From Candidatus Izemoplasma sp. (GTDB lineage: Bacteria; Bacillota_I; Bacilli_A; Izemoplasmatales; Izemoplasmataceae), in assembly GCA_029939945.1 (NCBI GenBank), contig JAOZRX010000001.1:43384-107383 (forward strand): a stretch of DNA of 64,000 bases, read 5' to 3'. A program made the translations under genes and the position numbers. The notes under the pieces were generated by a model, which was given only the letters and a program-made list of their open reading frames with translations, was not told where the DNA came from and did not search any database. Positions 28,903 to 39,025 of the stretch are shown piece after piece (position 1 is the stretch's first letter; each line of letters starts with the position of its first letter).

Positions 28903-29670
28903 ATGGATATATTTATTTATATATTAATAATAGTTTTTATCATATTCTTATGTGGTATAAGAATAGACAGAGAGTACGAAAGAAGTGTTGTATTTAGATT
29001 AGGTAGATTTAAACATATTAAAGGTCCTGGTATATACTGGGTAATACCTTTGATAGACATAAAGAAAAAAGCAGACTTAAGAATAAGAACACTAGACGTA
29101 GCAAGTCAAGAAACAGTTACTAAAGATTCAGTAACTATTAGAATTGATGCTGTTCTTTATTACAGAGTAGAATACCCTGAAAAAGCAATTATTAAGGTTA
29201 GAAATTACCAACATGCTATTGGACAAAAAGCATTAACTACATTAAGAAATGTTATTGGACAACATAATTTAGATGAGTTATTGAATAACCGTACATCTAT
29301 TAATGAATCAATTAGTGTTATTGTTGATCACGTAAGTGATGAATGGGGATTAAAAGTAACAGCTATTGATATTAAAGATGTAGAAATTCCAAAAGACATG
29401 CAAAGAGCTATGGCTAAAGAAGCAGAAGCTGTCAGAGAAAAAAGAGCTAGAATCATTAAAGCAGAAGCAGAGCAAGAAGCTGCTAGTAAACTAACAGAAG
29501 CTGCAAGTATGATAGCTAAAAACCCTATGTCTTTAGAACTTAGAAGAATGCAAATGGTAACAGAAGTAGGAGCAGAACAAAATACTACTACATTATTAAT
29601 GATGCCATCTGAATTTGTTAATCTGGCAAAAGCAATGTCAGATCATTTCACTGATAAAGATAAAAAATAA
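28903..29670 (+). CDS. SPFH/band-7 (stomatin-like) membrane protein
   Basis: N-terminal TM helix, EYERSVVFRLGR, VDAVLYYRV and an AEAEQEA coiled tail typical of prokaryotic stomatins. Confidence 0.85.
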   Translation: MDIFIYILIIVFIIFLCGIRIDREYERSVVFRLGRFKHIKGPGIYWVIPLIDIKKKADLRIRTLDVASQETVTKDSVTIRIDAVLYYRVEYPEKAIIKVRNYQHAIGQKALTTLRNVIGQHNLDELLNNRTSINESISVIVDHVSDEWGLKVTAIDIKDVEIPKDMQRAMAKEAEAVREKRARIIKAEAEQEAASKLTEAASMIAKNPMSLELRRMQMVTEVGAEQNTTTLLMMPSEFVNLAKAMSDHFTDKDKK

Positions 29671-29686
29671 ATCTATTAATGCTACA

Positions 29687-29727
29687 AAGGTATATTCCTG
29701 AAAACTAAGGAATATACCTTTTTTTTA
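29687..29727 (+). terminator. intrinsic terminator
   Basis: 12-bp stem AAGGTATATTCC/GGAATATACCTT followed by T8. Confidence 0.8.
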
Positions 29728-29752
29728 TCTCCTTGGAACATCATAAAAAAAC

Positions 29753-29817
29753 AAATCTTAAATAAATCTTAACTCAATCCTCAACCCTTTGACCTCATTC
29801 GAATATCAAGGTAGTAT
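29753..29817 (+). promoter_or_regulatory. tandem 11-bp direct repeat (candidate OmpR-type regulator site) plus promoter, site a
   Basis: AAATCTTAAAT AAATCTTAACT, 14 bp, TTGACC, 17 bp, TAGTAT. Confidence 0.65.
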
Positions 29818-29947
29818 ACTCGTGAAAGAAAAATAAACGCCAAAATTGGAGTGATCCAGTGACGGAAAACTAAAGGGTCTCAAGAAGATAGCCAGTTGCC
29901 TTTCTAGGTAACTTTTTTGTTACGAAAAATTAAAGGAGGATCTTATA

Positions 29948-30430
29948 ATGATCAGAAAATTATCAATTTTGTTAGTAGTATTAGCAGCATTTGGAGGGAC
30001 AGTATCTGCATATTCATGGTGGGATACATTACAAGTTACACAAAGTGAAACATTAACAATTGGAGAAGGAACAGATTTAGTATTGGCAGTTAACGCAACT
30101 GCACCTGCAGGAAAAGTATTAGTACCAGATGGTGTTGTTTTAGGAGTTAATGATGTAGACGAAATCGTCTTAAGTTATGATGTTAACTTAAGTAAAGAAG
30201 CTCAAAGTGATTTAGAACTTAATACAAGCGTATCTAATTTATTAATTGACGGAGACGATACTTACATTTCATATGTAGTTATCGATGTTACACCATCAAC
30301 TGTAGATATTAACGATGATACAATAACTGTAACAGTAACAGTTACACTTACTGAACCACTAACTGAAGTTATTTATAACGCTGTAGTTAATGGAGACATC
30401 ACATTTGATTTAACATTTAACGCTTCATAA
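29948..30430 (+). CDS. secreted acidic protein with SipW-cognate-type signal peptide (paralog family member 1)
   Basis: N-terminal LLVVLAAFGGTVSAYSWWD, then ETLTIGEG...GKVLVP...ITFDLTFNAS, collinear with the 33189, 39026 and 40766 proteins. AAAGGAGG RBS. Confidence 0.7.
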   Translation: MIRKLSILLVVLAAFGGTVSAYSWWDTLQVTQSETLTIGEGTDLVLAVNATAPAGKVLVPDGVVLGVNDVDEIVLSYDVNLSKEAQSDLELNTSVSNLLIDGDDTYISYVVIDVTPSTVDINDDTITVTVTVTLTEPLTEVIYNAVVNGDITFDLTFNAS

Positions 30431-30461
30431 TTAAAGAAAAATAACATAAGGAGGTGGCAAT

Positions 30462-31313
30462 ATGAAAAAATTATTAATTATATTATTAGTTACAACTATC
30501 ATAATTTCAAATAGTGCCATTTCCAAAGGTTATGGCTTCTTTGATACAAAAACCGATACAGCTAATGAACTATTAGATATCGGTTTTTGGGATTTTATAC
30601 CATTACCAATCGGGCCTGATTTCGCTAGTAAATTATCCATATATGTTGATGATGCTATAGCAGAAGACCCCGATTCGAAATTGAAATACATCTATTCACA
30701 AACAGATGTACCAAATAATAAAACAGCTAAAATAAATGAAATAGATGTTTTTGGATATACATGGAAATTTGAGGGAAAAGGTAAAACTACCAATTATCCT
30801 ACTATGGGATATCCTGTATTGATTGATAGAGCATTAGATGAATTTGGAAATCCAGTTCACGATATAGCTCCAGCATATTCAACTACACCACTATATCCAG
30901 AATACAACTATTTTACAGCTTATGATGCAATGAATCTTCACACTAATAATCAATATAGTCTTAGATTAAATTATATGGATTACTTAAGTACAACAACATC
31001 TATTGGAAAAGTATCAAACATATCTTTTTATGCAAACATTGGACTAAGTGACCCTGATGATGCAGAAAGTATAAGAAGAGCAAGATTTTATGTTTTTGTA
31101 TCAGACCGTAATGGAGGTTGGACACGTATAGGTAATGTAAGAAGCACATTAGTAGCTTCTGAAAGTGAGTACTTCACTCATCACTCATTTGATGTCCCAG
31201 GAAACTTGTTAGGTGAAGAACTATTCGTTAAAATTGCATTTTATGGGCAAACGTACTCTGCTGGATTTAGTAGGTTGATTATAGATGATCTTATAATCAC
31301 AATGGTAGATTAG
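30462..31313 (+). CDS. secreted protein with SipW-cognate-type signal peptide (distinct family, accessory-like)
   Basis: N-terminal hydrophobic segment followed by SKGYGFFDTKTD, resembling the GTxAxF(S/T)D class of signal. 283 aa with no other motif. Confidence 0.6.
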   Translation: MKKLLIILLVTTIIISNSAISKGYGFFDTKTDTANELLDIGFWDFIPLPIGPDFASKLSIYVDDAIAEDPDSKLKYIYSQTDVPNNKTAKINEIDVFGYTWKFEGKGKTTNYPTMGYPVLIDRALDEFGNPVHDIAPAYSTTPLYPEYNYFTAYDAMNLHTNNQYSLRLNYMDYLSTTTSIGKVSNISFYANIGLSDPDDAESIRRARFYVFVSDRNGGWTRIGNVRSTLVASESEYFTHHSFDVPGNLLGEELFVKIAFYGQTYSAGFSRLIIDDLIITMVD

Positions 31314-31321
31314 GTGATATT

Positions 31322-31894
31322 ATGAAAAAAAATAGATATAAAAAAGAAATTATTGATACAATTAAATTTATATTATTACTTATTGTTATAGTTGTAGTAT
31401 TCAAACTTGTTTTCACCTATGTTCCACCACTTAATAAATACGACCTATATGTTATTAAAACTGACTCTATGGATCCAATTATTCTGCCTGGGGATATTGT
31501 TGTAATTAAAGAAATAGATTCAGGTGATATTAAAGTCGGAGATATAATGGCGTTTCATGTGGATATTAATGGTGATAATGTAGATGATGTTGTAGTACAT
31601 TATATTGCTGAAATAAATTCAAATAATAATGAATTAATCTTTAAAACAAAACCACATGTTAGTGAATTACACGATAGATGGACAATTGAAGAACAAGATT
31701 TAATCGGAATATATACATATCAAGTAAATTATCTAGGTAAAATTATCATGTTTGCACAATCATGGGTAGGAAAAATCATACTTGTGGCAGATGTAATAAT
31801 CATTTCAGTTATTTACGATGTATTATTTAGTAAGAAGAAGAAAACAAAAATCAAGGGAAAAAAGGATGATATAGAAAACATCTCTGTTAAATAG
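31322..31894 (+). CDS. sipW: archaeal/ER-type signal peptidase I (S26B, SipW-like), copy 1
   Basis: N-terminal TM, catalytic-Ser box KTDSMDP, GDIVVIKE, GDIMAF, His box VVHYI, plus a C-terminal TM and basic tail. Terminator at 31877-31906. Confidence 0.75.
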   Translation: MKKNRYKKEIIDTIKFILLLIVIVVVFKLVFTYVPPLNKYDLYVIKTDSMDPIILPGDIVVIKEIDSGDIKVGDIMAFHVDINGDNVDDVVVHYIAEINSNNNELIFKTKPHVSELHDRWTIEEQDLIGIYTYQVNYLGKIIMFAQSWVGKIILVADVIIISVIYDVLFSKKKKTKIKGKKDDIENISVK

Positions 31895-32399
31895 AGATGT
31901 TTTTTTGAATTGTCTGCTACATAGTGAACACTCCCACTACTTACAATAGACATTGTTGAAGTAGGGGCTTCTCGGGTAGTGCGCACTACCATGCGCAAAT
32001 TAATCGAGCTATCAAGGTTGTCCCATCCTCTTATACTAGTATTGCTTAGTTTTCTATTTTACTCCTTTTAATATATTTATCTAGATTTATTATAACAATT
32101 GCTTATTGAAAGGACAAAATGCAGAAAACGCATTTTTTTATAATAAAACTTAATTTTTGAACCAGAAATTACATCTGTTCATCTCACCAGTTACGATATT
32201 ATCAATTAAAAAATGAAGTCACAAGACTTCATTTATTTTAAATTCATTTTATTCTCCTTATATTTACATTTGTTTTTTGCTTTTCTATTTTATATAATCG
32301 TATAGTATCATCCTTGAGATTTTCATTCAATATACAGAGAATCGAGTTAATATTAATGTAAAAATTACATGAAAAGATAATGTTAAATATATATGTTAT

Positions 32400-32463
32400 A
32401 AATCTTACATTAATATTAATTTGAATAGACAGTAATTGACTATTGAAGACGAAATGGTAATAT
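32400..32463 (+). promoter_or_regulatory. direct-repeat site plus promoter, site b (upstream of pilin-like gene)
   Basis: AAATCTTACAT TAATATTAATT, 14 bp, TTGACT, 16 bp, TAATAT. Confidence 0.55.
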
Positions 32464-32530
32464 TAGTATGAAATCGGAAATGAATTGATTTATAGAAAAG
32501 GTTTCTTACATAGCAATTGGAGGTGTAAAT

Positions 32531-32965
32531 ATGATAAAAGGAAATAAAGGTGTTACACTAGTAGAATTATTAATTGTAATAGTAGTAATGGGAATCATAG
32601 CTACATTCTCAATTGTATCTGTTAGGAAAATTATTGAAAATACAAAAAAAGATCGTGTTTATGCAGATGCTTTAATGGTTGCTGAGGCAGTAACATTATA
32701 TTGTATAAGTGATGGATGTGAACCAAAAGAGGGTGCTACTAATACCCATGTTAAGTGGAAACACATAAAGATGTATATAGATGGGATTGATGAGGAATAC
32801 TATAATTTACCAGATGGATTTTTAGTTTCGATAGTTCAAGCAGGAGAAATAGAAAGTCCTAGAGTTAGATTAAGAGCAATAGACCCAACAGATTATTCAT
32901 GGTATATATTTAGAGATCCGAGTGATCCAGATAATGATAGAGATAATGTAACTACTCGAGAGTAA
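32531..32965 (+). CDS. type IV pilin / pseudopilin-like protein (prepilin-type N-terminal cleavage/methylation signal)
   Basis: MIKGNKG|VTLVELLIVIVVMGIIA has a Gly at -1, Glu at +5 and a hydrophobic helix. 144 aa. Terminator at 32997-33029. Confidence 0.8.
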   Translation: MIKGNKGVTLVELLIVIVVMGIIATFSIVSVRKIIENTKKDRVYADALMVAEAVTLYCISDGCEPKEGATNTHVKWKHIKMYIDGIDEEYYNLPDGFLVSIVQAGEIESPRVRLRAIDPTDYSWYIFRDPSDPDNDRDNVTTRE

Positions 32966-33091
32966 TAATAGTAGATAACAAAAAAATATGAAAAAGAATA
33001 CTAGATATTAGATTATCTAGTATTTTTTATAGATATTAGATAATCTAATGGATAATTACTAAGAATTTGAATTTAGAGAGTTTTAGATTTG

Positions 33092-33156
33092 AAATCTTAA
33101 ATAAATCTTACAGTCACTCCTTTGTAATTGTTTTTTTTGATAAGCTACCATACAAT
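33092..33156 (+). promoter_or_regulatory. direct-repeat site plus promoter, site c
   Basis: AAATCTTAAAT AAATCTTACAG, 14 bp, TTGTTT, 17 bp, TACAAT. An inverted degenerate half-site TTAGATTT abuts at 33083-33090. Confidence 0.6.
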
Positions 33157-33188
33157 AAAATTATAATAAGCAAAAGGAGGGTATCCAA

Positions 33189-34196
33189 ATGAAGAATAAA
33201 CCTTATAAAATTCATCGAAAAATAGTTGGTTATTTATTAGTGTTATCATTAATTCTCACAACCGGTACTTTTGCTTATTGGGCAAATTATGTAGAGGGAA
33301 CAAATAATGAAATAACTGAAACATTAACTGTTGGGTCTGCGAAAAGCGTTAAATCAAGATTTGATATCGCAAATGAATTACATAGCGGAGGAAGACTTGT
33401 ACCTAGTAATCAAGTTGAAAATAGTGAAGCAAATGCAGTTGCAAAAATAGATTTAGCATACAATATTGCCTGGTTAGAAGATTCAAATGTAACACAATTA
33501 AATGGAACTTCAACTATGGGCTTAATAGGTATATCTCATAGTCTTATTATTGTAGTGAATGGTGAAGAATTAGACTCAAGTGTATATCCAAAAATATTTG
33601 AATTAATTAATGTAAATTATGATGTAAATAATAAAACTCAATTAGTATTTAAAGGAGAATCTGAAACATTCTTCTTTAGTGTAACAATGGATGAACCTGA
33701 AAATCAAAGAGAGTATTTACTTATTAGAAATGCTAGTATAACTATAGAATTCACTTTTAGTATCCATGATAGTTTAATCGAAACAACTAATAATACTGAT
33801 GATGATTTAGAACCTGCTTCTCCATATGGAGATACATTATCTGAGATAGCACCTAGTATTATTAATGATATGCAAGAGAAACTATCTTCAACAGGATCAT
33901 ATGGTAGATCTTGGGGGAAATACAGATATACAGATTTAGGATTAGACCCTGAAAACTGGGATGAAGCAATTATGCATATTCATTATAAGCCTTCTGGAAG
34001 CAGCTTGTTTTTACGCCCTGAAGACGGATATGGATTCACAGTATATAATTTTGATAACGATGAGTTCTCATTAGATTCAACATATAATTGGAATTTGATT
34101 TATAGTGATATAGATGGGAATTGGTATTTCCATAGTATTACAGAATCAAATATAATTGATATAAATACTCTCGTAGTTGAAAGTATTACGGATTAG
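33189..34196 (+). CDS. secreted acidic protein with SipW-cognate-type signal (paralog family member 2, with about 135-aa C-terminal extension)
   Basis: LILTTGTFAYWANYVEGTNNE, then ETLTVGS...GGRLVP...VTMDEPENQREY...ITIEFTFSI. Terminator at 34245-34290. Confidence 0.7.
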   Translation: MKNKPYKIHRKIVGYLLVLSLILTTGTFAYWANYVEGTNNEITETLTVGSAKSVKSRFDIANELHSGGRLVPSNQVENSEANAVAKIDLAYNIAWLEDSNVTQLNGTSTMGLIGISHSLIIVVNGEELDSSVYPKIFELINVNYDVNNKTQLVFKGESETFFFSVTMDEPENQREYLLIRNASITIEFTFSIHDSLIETTNNTDDDLEPASPYGDTLSEIAPSIINDMQEKLSSTGSYGRSWGKYRYTDLGLDPENWDEAIMHIHYKPSGSSLFLRPEDGYGFTVYNFDNDEFSLDSTYNWNLIYSDIDGNWYFHSITESNIIDINTLVVESITD

Positions 34197-34427
34197 TATA
34201 TGAGTACAAAGATACTTTTGCACATAAGAAATTAGAATATTTAAAAAACAGACTATAATAGAATTTGATTTGTATAGTCTGTTTTATTTTTATTGAGTAA
34301 TTTAATATTAAACATAAATTATCTAAAGTTATAAAGAAGTAAGTTATTAAATATGAAAATGTGTTACAATTATTTTATAATATAATAGATATGTATATAA
34401 GCATATAAGTTTATTTGGAGGTGCTTT

Positions 34428-37400
34428 ATGAAAAAGAAATTGTCTCTAAAAGAGATCTTAGTGTACGGGAGTTTAATGTTCATATTTGTGTTTGCTATTG
34501 TTTTTTTGGTTACTTTAGAAGAAGAAACAGTAGGAATAGAATACTTTCATGTATATCAATCAAATTATGATGATCCAATTGAGATAAAAATCGGGGTACT
34601 AGCAAATCAAGGCACTGTTGCTGCACATAATCGCTGGGATGAAACTGCAGAATACTTGAATAATAAAATTGTTGATCATACATTTGTAATTGTACCGTTA
34701 TCATTTGATGATGTTAGTCAAAAGGTGGTAAGTGAAGAAGTTGATTTTGTGTTGGTTAACTCATCTTTTTATATTGACTTAAATGTAAATATTGGTGTTA
34801 CAAGTATTGTTACAATGAATAATCTAAATCTAGATGTTGAATTAACTTCTTTCGGAGGAGTGGTTTTTACAAGAAGTGATAATGATGATATAAGTGACTT
34901 CTCTGATATTAGGAATAAAGACTTTGCTGCGGTAGATGAAAATTCATTTGGTGGATGGCAGACTGCCTTAAAAGAATTTATAGATCATGATATTGATCCT
35001 TTTTCTGATTTTAAAAGTGTTACATTTATCGGAACTCAAAATGAAGTTGTATTAGACGTAATAAATGGAACTTACGATGCAGGTACCATTCGAACAGGTA
35101 TTATAGAAGAAATGATTGAAGATGGTTTAATCAACTCAAATGAGATAAAAGTAATTCATGAGGAAACCCCGGATTTTCCTGTCTTGATTTCTACTCAATT
35201 ATATCCTGAGTGGCCCCTTGCAAAAACAGCGCATATATCAAATGATTTAGCAAATCAGGTTGCAGATGCTTTAATTCATATGAGTAGAACTGATCAAGCA
35301 GCCATTGATAGTGGTATTGCAGGTTGGACAATTCCTCAAAATTATCAAGACGTACGTCAAACACTAAAACTTATTAAAGCTTCACCATATGAAGATTATG
35401 GTTCAGTGTCATTTAATAATTCGTTGTATTATAGTCGTGTTTTCTTAATCATTATTTTATGGGCCTTGTTAATAATTGTATCAATTGTTTTTTGGTTAGT
35501 TCACACTCGTGAAAAAATGGTTTATTTAACAAAAAGATCAAAAGTAATGGAAAAAATAGCAGTCGAGGCAAATGAGGCTAAAGGTGAATTTTTAGCCAAT
35601 ATGTCTCATGAAATCCGAACACCTATGACTGCTATAATTGGATTGTCTACGCTGTTAGATAGTACTGAATTATCTATTAGACAACGTGATTATAATCATA
35701 AACTAAAAAGTTCAGCAGTTAACTTGCTAGGGATAATTGAGAACATTTTAGACTATTCAAAAATTGATGCAAAAAAAATGAAAGTTGAAAAAATAGAATT
35801 TGAACTAAATGATGTTCTATATAATCTTTCAAATGTAGTAACACTGAAGGCAATGGAAAAAAATATTGAATTCTTATTTAGTATTCAATCAAAGTTACCT
35901 AAAAAGTTTATTGGAGATCAACTAAGGATAGGTCAAGTTTTAATTAATTTGGTTACAAATGCAATTAAGTTTACTGATAAGGGACAAGTTGTCTTAGAAA
36001 TAAATACAGAACTTAAAAATAATAAACCATATTTATCATTTGCTGTAAAAGATTCAGGCATTGGAATGACTACGAAGCAAATAAATGAAATATTAAATCC
36101 ATTTACTCAAGCTGACAGTTCATTTACTAGAAAATATGGTGGAACAGGACTTGGATTAACAATAACTAATCAATTGATAAGATTAATGGGAGGAGAATTA
36201 TACATTTCAAGTGTAGAAGGAGTGGGAAGTACTTTTGCATTCTCAATACCATTAAAACCAGTTGATGAGGATAATGATTCATTTGTTATTCCAGAAAAAC
36301 TATTAAATCTTAATGTGATGATAGTTGATGATAATGAAACCTCATTAAATATATTAGAAGAAATATGTGTTTCCCTAGGATTTAATACAAAGATAGTATT
36401 ATCACCTTTTGAAGCTATAAAAATACTAGAACAAAAGGAATTTATTCCTGATATTATAGTTCTTGATTATGTAATGCCAGAATTAAATGGTATTGAATTA
36501 GCAATAAAATTAAGAGAGAAAGAATTATTAACAGATACACAATCATTATTGATGGTGTCAGCATTTGGTAAAGAAAGTGTTATTAACGATGCTATGGATG
36601 CAGGTATTTCTGAATTTCTTGATAAACCAATTAATCCATCGTTTTTCTATAATACAATACTGAGTTTGTTTGATGAAACAGAATTCAAGAAAAGCAGTAG
36701 ACATGAAAATAGAAAAAAAGTAAATTTAGTAAAACCAGGAACAAATATTATTCTTGCAGAAGACAATAAAATAAATCAACAAATCGTTTATGAATTGTTA
36801 TCAAGAGAAGGTTTTGACGTAACGATTGCAAATGATGGTGTTGAAGTAATTGATTTACTCGAGGCAGATGAGTTTGATTATCAACTAATACTAATGGATA
36901 TTCAAATGCCTAATTTAAATGGTAGAGATGCTACAATAAAAATTCGTGAAACTGAAAGTAAATATCAAAATATACCAATTGTTGCAATGACAGCACATGC
37001 TTTAGAAATTGAACGTAAAAAGTCTCTTCAGGCAGGAATGAATGATTTCTTAACTAAACCTCTTGAGATACCAAAATTATTTAATGCATTATCAAAATAT
37101 ATTGATATTGTTTCTGTAGCAATAGATAATAAAAAATCTGGCACAGTAAATCTAGACTTTTTAGATACAAAAGAGGGATTAAAAAACCTTTCAGGTGATG
37201 AAGCATTCTATATTGAAATATTATATAATTTCTTAACTGATTATAAGGGTTATGACAAAGTACTAGAAAATTTATTTGGTGATGAAGATGAAGAAGATAT
37301 AATCATAGAATGTCATACAATAAAAGGATTGGCTGCTACTATAGGTGCAAAAGAACTGCAAAAAAATGCGGAAAACTTAGAAAGTAACTTAAGAGAAGGC

Positions 37401-37508
37401 AATTTTGATTATGGTAGCTTTTCTAAATTCGTTGAATCGTTGAAAGAATTAAATAAAAAGTTGGATAGTTATTTCAATGATAACCCTTTTAAACGAATTA
37501 AACGCTAA
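34428..37508 (+). CDS. hybrid sensor histidine kinase (extracytoplasmic PhnD/SBP-like domain, HisKA-HATPase, two receivers, HPt)
   Basis: Two TM helices bracket about 310 aa with [10 protein letters not shown]...[11 protein letters not shown]-box SHEIRTPM, N-box [10 protein letters not shown]-boxes DSGIGM and GGTGLGL. Receivers carry VLDYVMP and LMDIQMP. HPt motif is [12 protein letters not shown]. Confidence 0.9.
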   Translation: MKKKLSLKEILVYGSLMFIFVFAIVFLVTLEEETVGIEYFHVYQSNYDDPIEIKIGVLANQGTVAAHNRWDETAEYLNNKIVDHTFVIVPLSFDDVSQKVVSEEVDFVLVNSSFYIDLNVNIGVTSIVTMNNLNLDVELTSFGGVVFTRSDNDDISDFSDIRNKDFAAVDENSFGGWQTALKEFIDHDIDPFSDFKSVTFIGTQNEVVLDVINGTYDAGTIRTGIIEEMIEDGLINSNEIKVIHEETPDFPVLISTQLYPEWPLAKTAHISNDLANQVADALIHMSRTDQAAIDSGIAGWTIPQNYQDVRQTLKLIKASPYEDYGSVSFNNSLYYSRVFLIIILWALLIIVSIVFWLVHTREKMVYLTKRSKVMEKIAVEANEAKGEFLANMSHEIRTPMTAIIGLSTLLDSTELSIRQRDYNHKLKSSAVNLLGIIENILDYSKIDAKKMKVEKIEFELNDVLYNLSNVVTLKAMEKNIEFLFSIQSKLPKKFIGDQLRIGQVLINLVTNAIKFTDKGQVVLEINTELKNNKPYLSFAVKDSGIGMTTKQINEILNPFTQADSSFTRKYGGTGLGLTITNQLIRLMGGELYISSVEGVGSTFAFSIPLKPVDEDNDSFVIPEKLLNLNVMIVDDNETSLNILEEICVSLGFNTKIVLSPFEAIKILEQKEFIPDIIVLDYVMPELNGIELAIKLREKELLTDTQSLLMVSAFGKESVINDAMDAGISEFLDKPINPSFFYNTILSLFDETEFKKSSRHENRKKVNLVKPGTNIILAEDNKINQQIVYELLSREGFDVTIANDGVEVIDLLEADEFDYQLILMDIQMPNLNGRDATIKIRETESKYQNIPIVAMTAHALEIERKKSLQAGMNDFLTKPLEIPKLFNALSKYIDIVSVAIDNKKSGTVNLDFLDTKEGLKNLSGDEAFYIEILYNFLTDYKGYDKVLENLFGDEDEEDIIIECHTIKGLAATIGAKELQKNAENLESNLREGNFDYGSFSKFVESLKELNKKLDSYFNDNPFKRIKR

Positions 37509-37537
37509 ACTATTATCACAGATATGGAGATGTTGAT

Positions 37538-38305
37538 ATGGATGTCAAAAATAGATTAAAGAAAAACAAGAGGAAAATCTTGCTAGTAGAAGACAATCAC
37601 TTAAATATCCGAATCATGAGTAGATTATTACAAGGCATGGGTGTGGATATTGTAGAAGCAAGTAGTAAGAAAGAAGCAATAAAAATAGCTGTAGAAGAAA
37701 ACTTTTCAATGATCTTTATATGTATTTTCATGCCGGAAACTATTGGATATGAAATCATAAAGAAAATACGCGAACTAAGCGAAATAAATAAAGATACACC
37801 AATCATCGCAGTATCATCTAGCAGTTACAATTCTATGACAAATAAAATGATGGAATGGGGTATTGAGGATGTCATTTCAAAACCATTAAAGGAAAGTGAA
37901 TTGCTAATTTTGTTTAAGAAGTATACAGTTGAGAAAATTCTATCTAAGCCACAAACAACTATGAACTTTAGTATGTTTGATAATAAAGAATTTGAGTCTT
38001 TTTATAATGATGATAGTCTTCAAAAAGAAATAATCTTAACATTTATTAATGAAAGAGATAATGATTTAGATAGAATGAATGAAGCCTTTCATTCTAAAAA
38101 TATTGATAAAATATATGAAGCTCTGCATTATATGAAAGGTTCATTTTCATATTTAAAAGCAAAAAAGATTTTGGAACTTACTCAGCAAATATTAGATTTA
38201 CTAAAAGTTAAAAATTTAAAAGATGCATTACTTCTTGAGAGAACATTTTATAACAACTATAATACATTATTTAAAGAGTTAAATTTCTATATTAATAGTT
38301 TGTGA
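37538..38305 (+). CDS. receiver-like domain (Asp to Cys at acceptor position) fused to HPt domain
   Basis: LLVEDN ... MIFICIFMPETIGYE aligns with the DxxMP acceptor segment, with Cys (TGT 37721-37723) in place of Asp. Conserved IAVSS and SKPL are retained. The C-terminal HPt motif is HYMKGSFSYL. Confidence 0.75.
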   Translation: MDVKNRLKKNKRKILLVEDNHLNIRIMSRLLQGMGVDIVEASSKKEAIKIAVEENFSMIFICIFMPETIGYEIIKKIRELSEINKDTPIIAVSSSSYNSMTNKMMEWGIEDVISKPLKESELLILFKKYTVEKILSKPQTTMNFSMFDNKEFESFYNDDSLQKEIILTFINERDNDLDRMNEAFHSKNIDKIYEALHYMKGSFSYLKAKKILELTQQILDLLKVKNLKDALLLERTFYNNYNTLFKELNFYINSL

Positions 38306-38338
38306 AAATTGATGATATTTAGAAAGAAGGTATAGAAT

Positions 38339-38878
38339 ATGAGTGCTATAAAAAATATTATGTATTATATTCTTGTAATATTTTTAGTTATATATGTATC
38401 TATACTGGCATTTAGTCCTGATAGAATGATTGAATTTATTGGATTCAGAGCATTTATTGTTCTTTCTAATTCAATGGAACCCACTATAAATATTGAGGAC
38501 ATGGTAATCTGTAAAAGAGTAGATGAAGAAGATTTAGATATTGGAGATGTTATAACATTTAATGTCTATATTCCTGAAATGGATTCCTTAGTTTACGTTA
38601 CTCATTACATCGGAAATATAGAAGAAAGTGATGGAGTGAAAATATATTACACAAGAGGGGAACAACAAGCAGAAAATACATATGACGAGTGGAAAGATAA
38701 AGATGGAAACCCTGTAGATATCACATTTGATGATATTGAAGGAAAATATTTTTTCAAAATCCCATATATTGGACATGTAAAAAACGCTTTAACAGAACCA
38801 GTAATACTTACTTTAGTGATATTAAATGGTGGTGTTATATATATATTAGTTAAATATATACGTCGTAAAGGTAAATAA
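38339..38878 (+). CDS. sipW: archaeal/ER-type signal peptidase I (SipW-like), copy 2
   Basis: N-terminal TM, SNSMEP, GDVITF, VTHYI, C-terminal TM and RRKGK tail. Terminator at 38893-38925. Confidence 0.75.
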   Translation: MSAIKNIMYYILVIFLVIYVSILAFSPDRMIEFIGFRAFIVLSNSMEPTINIEDMVICKRVDEEDLDIGDVITFNVYIPEMDSLVYVTHYIGNIEESDGVKIYYTRGEQQAENTYDEWKDKDGNPVDITFDDIEGKYFFKIPYIGHVKNALTEPVILTLVILNGGVIYILVKYIRRKGK

Positions 38879-38925
38879 TGTAAAACTAGGTAAAAAGGAT
38901 CAGAATAATTTCTGATCCTTTTTTG

Positions 38926-38989
38926 AAATCTTACATAATTATTAACTATTTAACAAATTACTTGTCAAAAAAACTTAACTTAATACAAT
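38926..38989 (+). promoter_or_regulatory. direct-repeat site plus promoter, site d
   Basis: AAATCTTACAT AATTATTAACT, 14 bp, TTGTCA, 16 bp, TACAAT. Confidence 0.55.
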
Positions 38990-39025
38990 AGAGGTATCAA
39001 AACGAATTTGAAAGTTGGGTTATTT

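Noticed and set aside
29818-29947. c-di-GMP riboswitch (GEMM-I/II) in the leader of the first subunit operon
   Set aside because: None of the conserved GEMM segments I remember (GCACAGGGCAAA, GGGACGCAAAGCC, ACCGACC-type pseudoknot elements) is present. I kept it only as an unclassified leader hairpin.
31813-31998. 61-aa minus-strand ORF in the GC-rich island
   Set aside because: It has no RBS, overlaps the sipW-like 3' end and its terminator, and reads like a translated structured-RNA or palindromic region.
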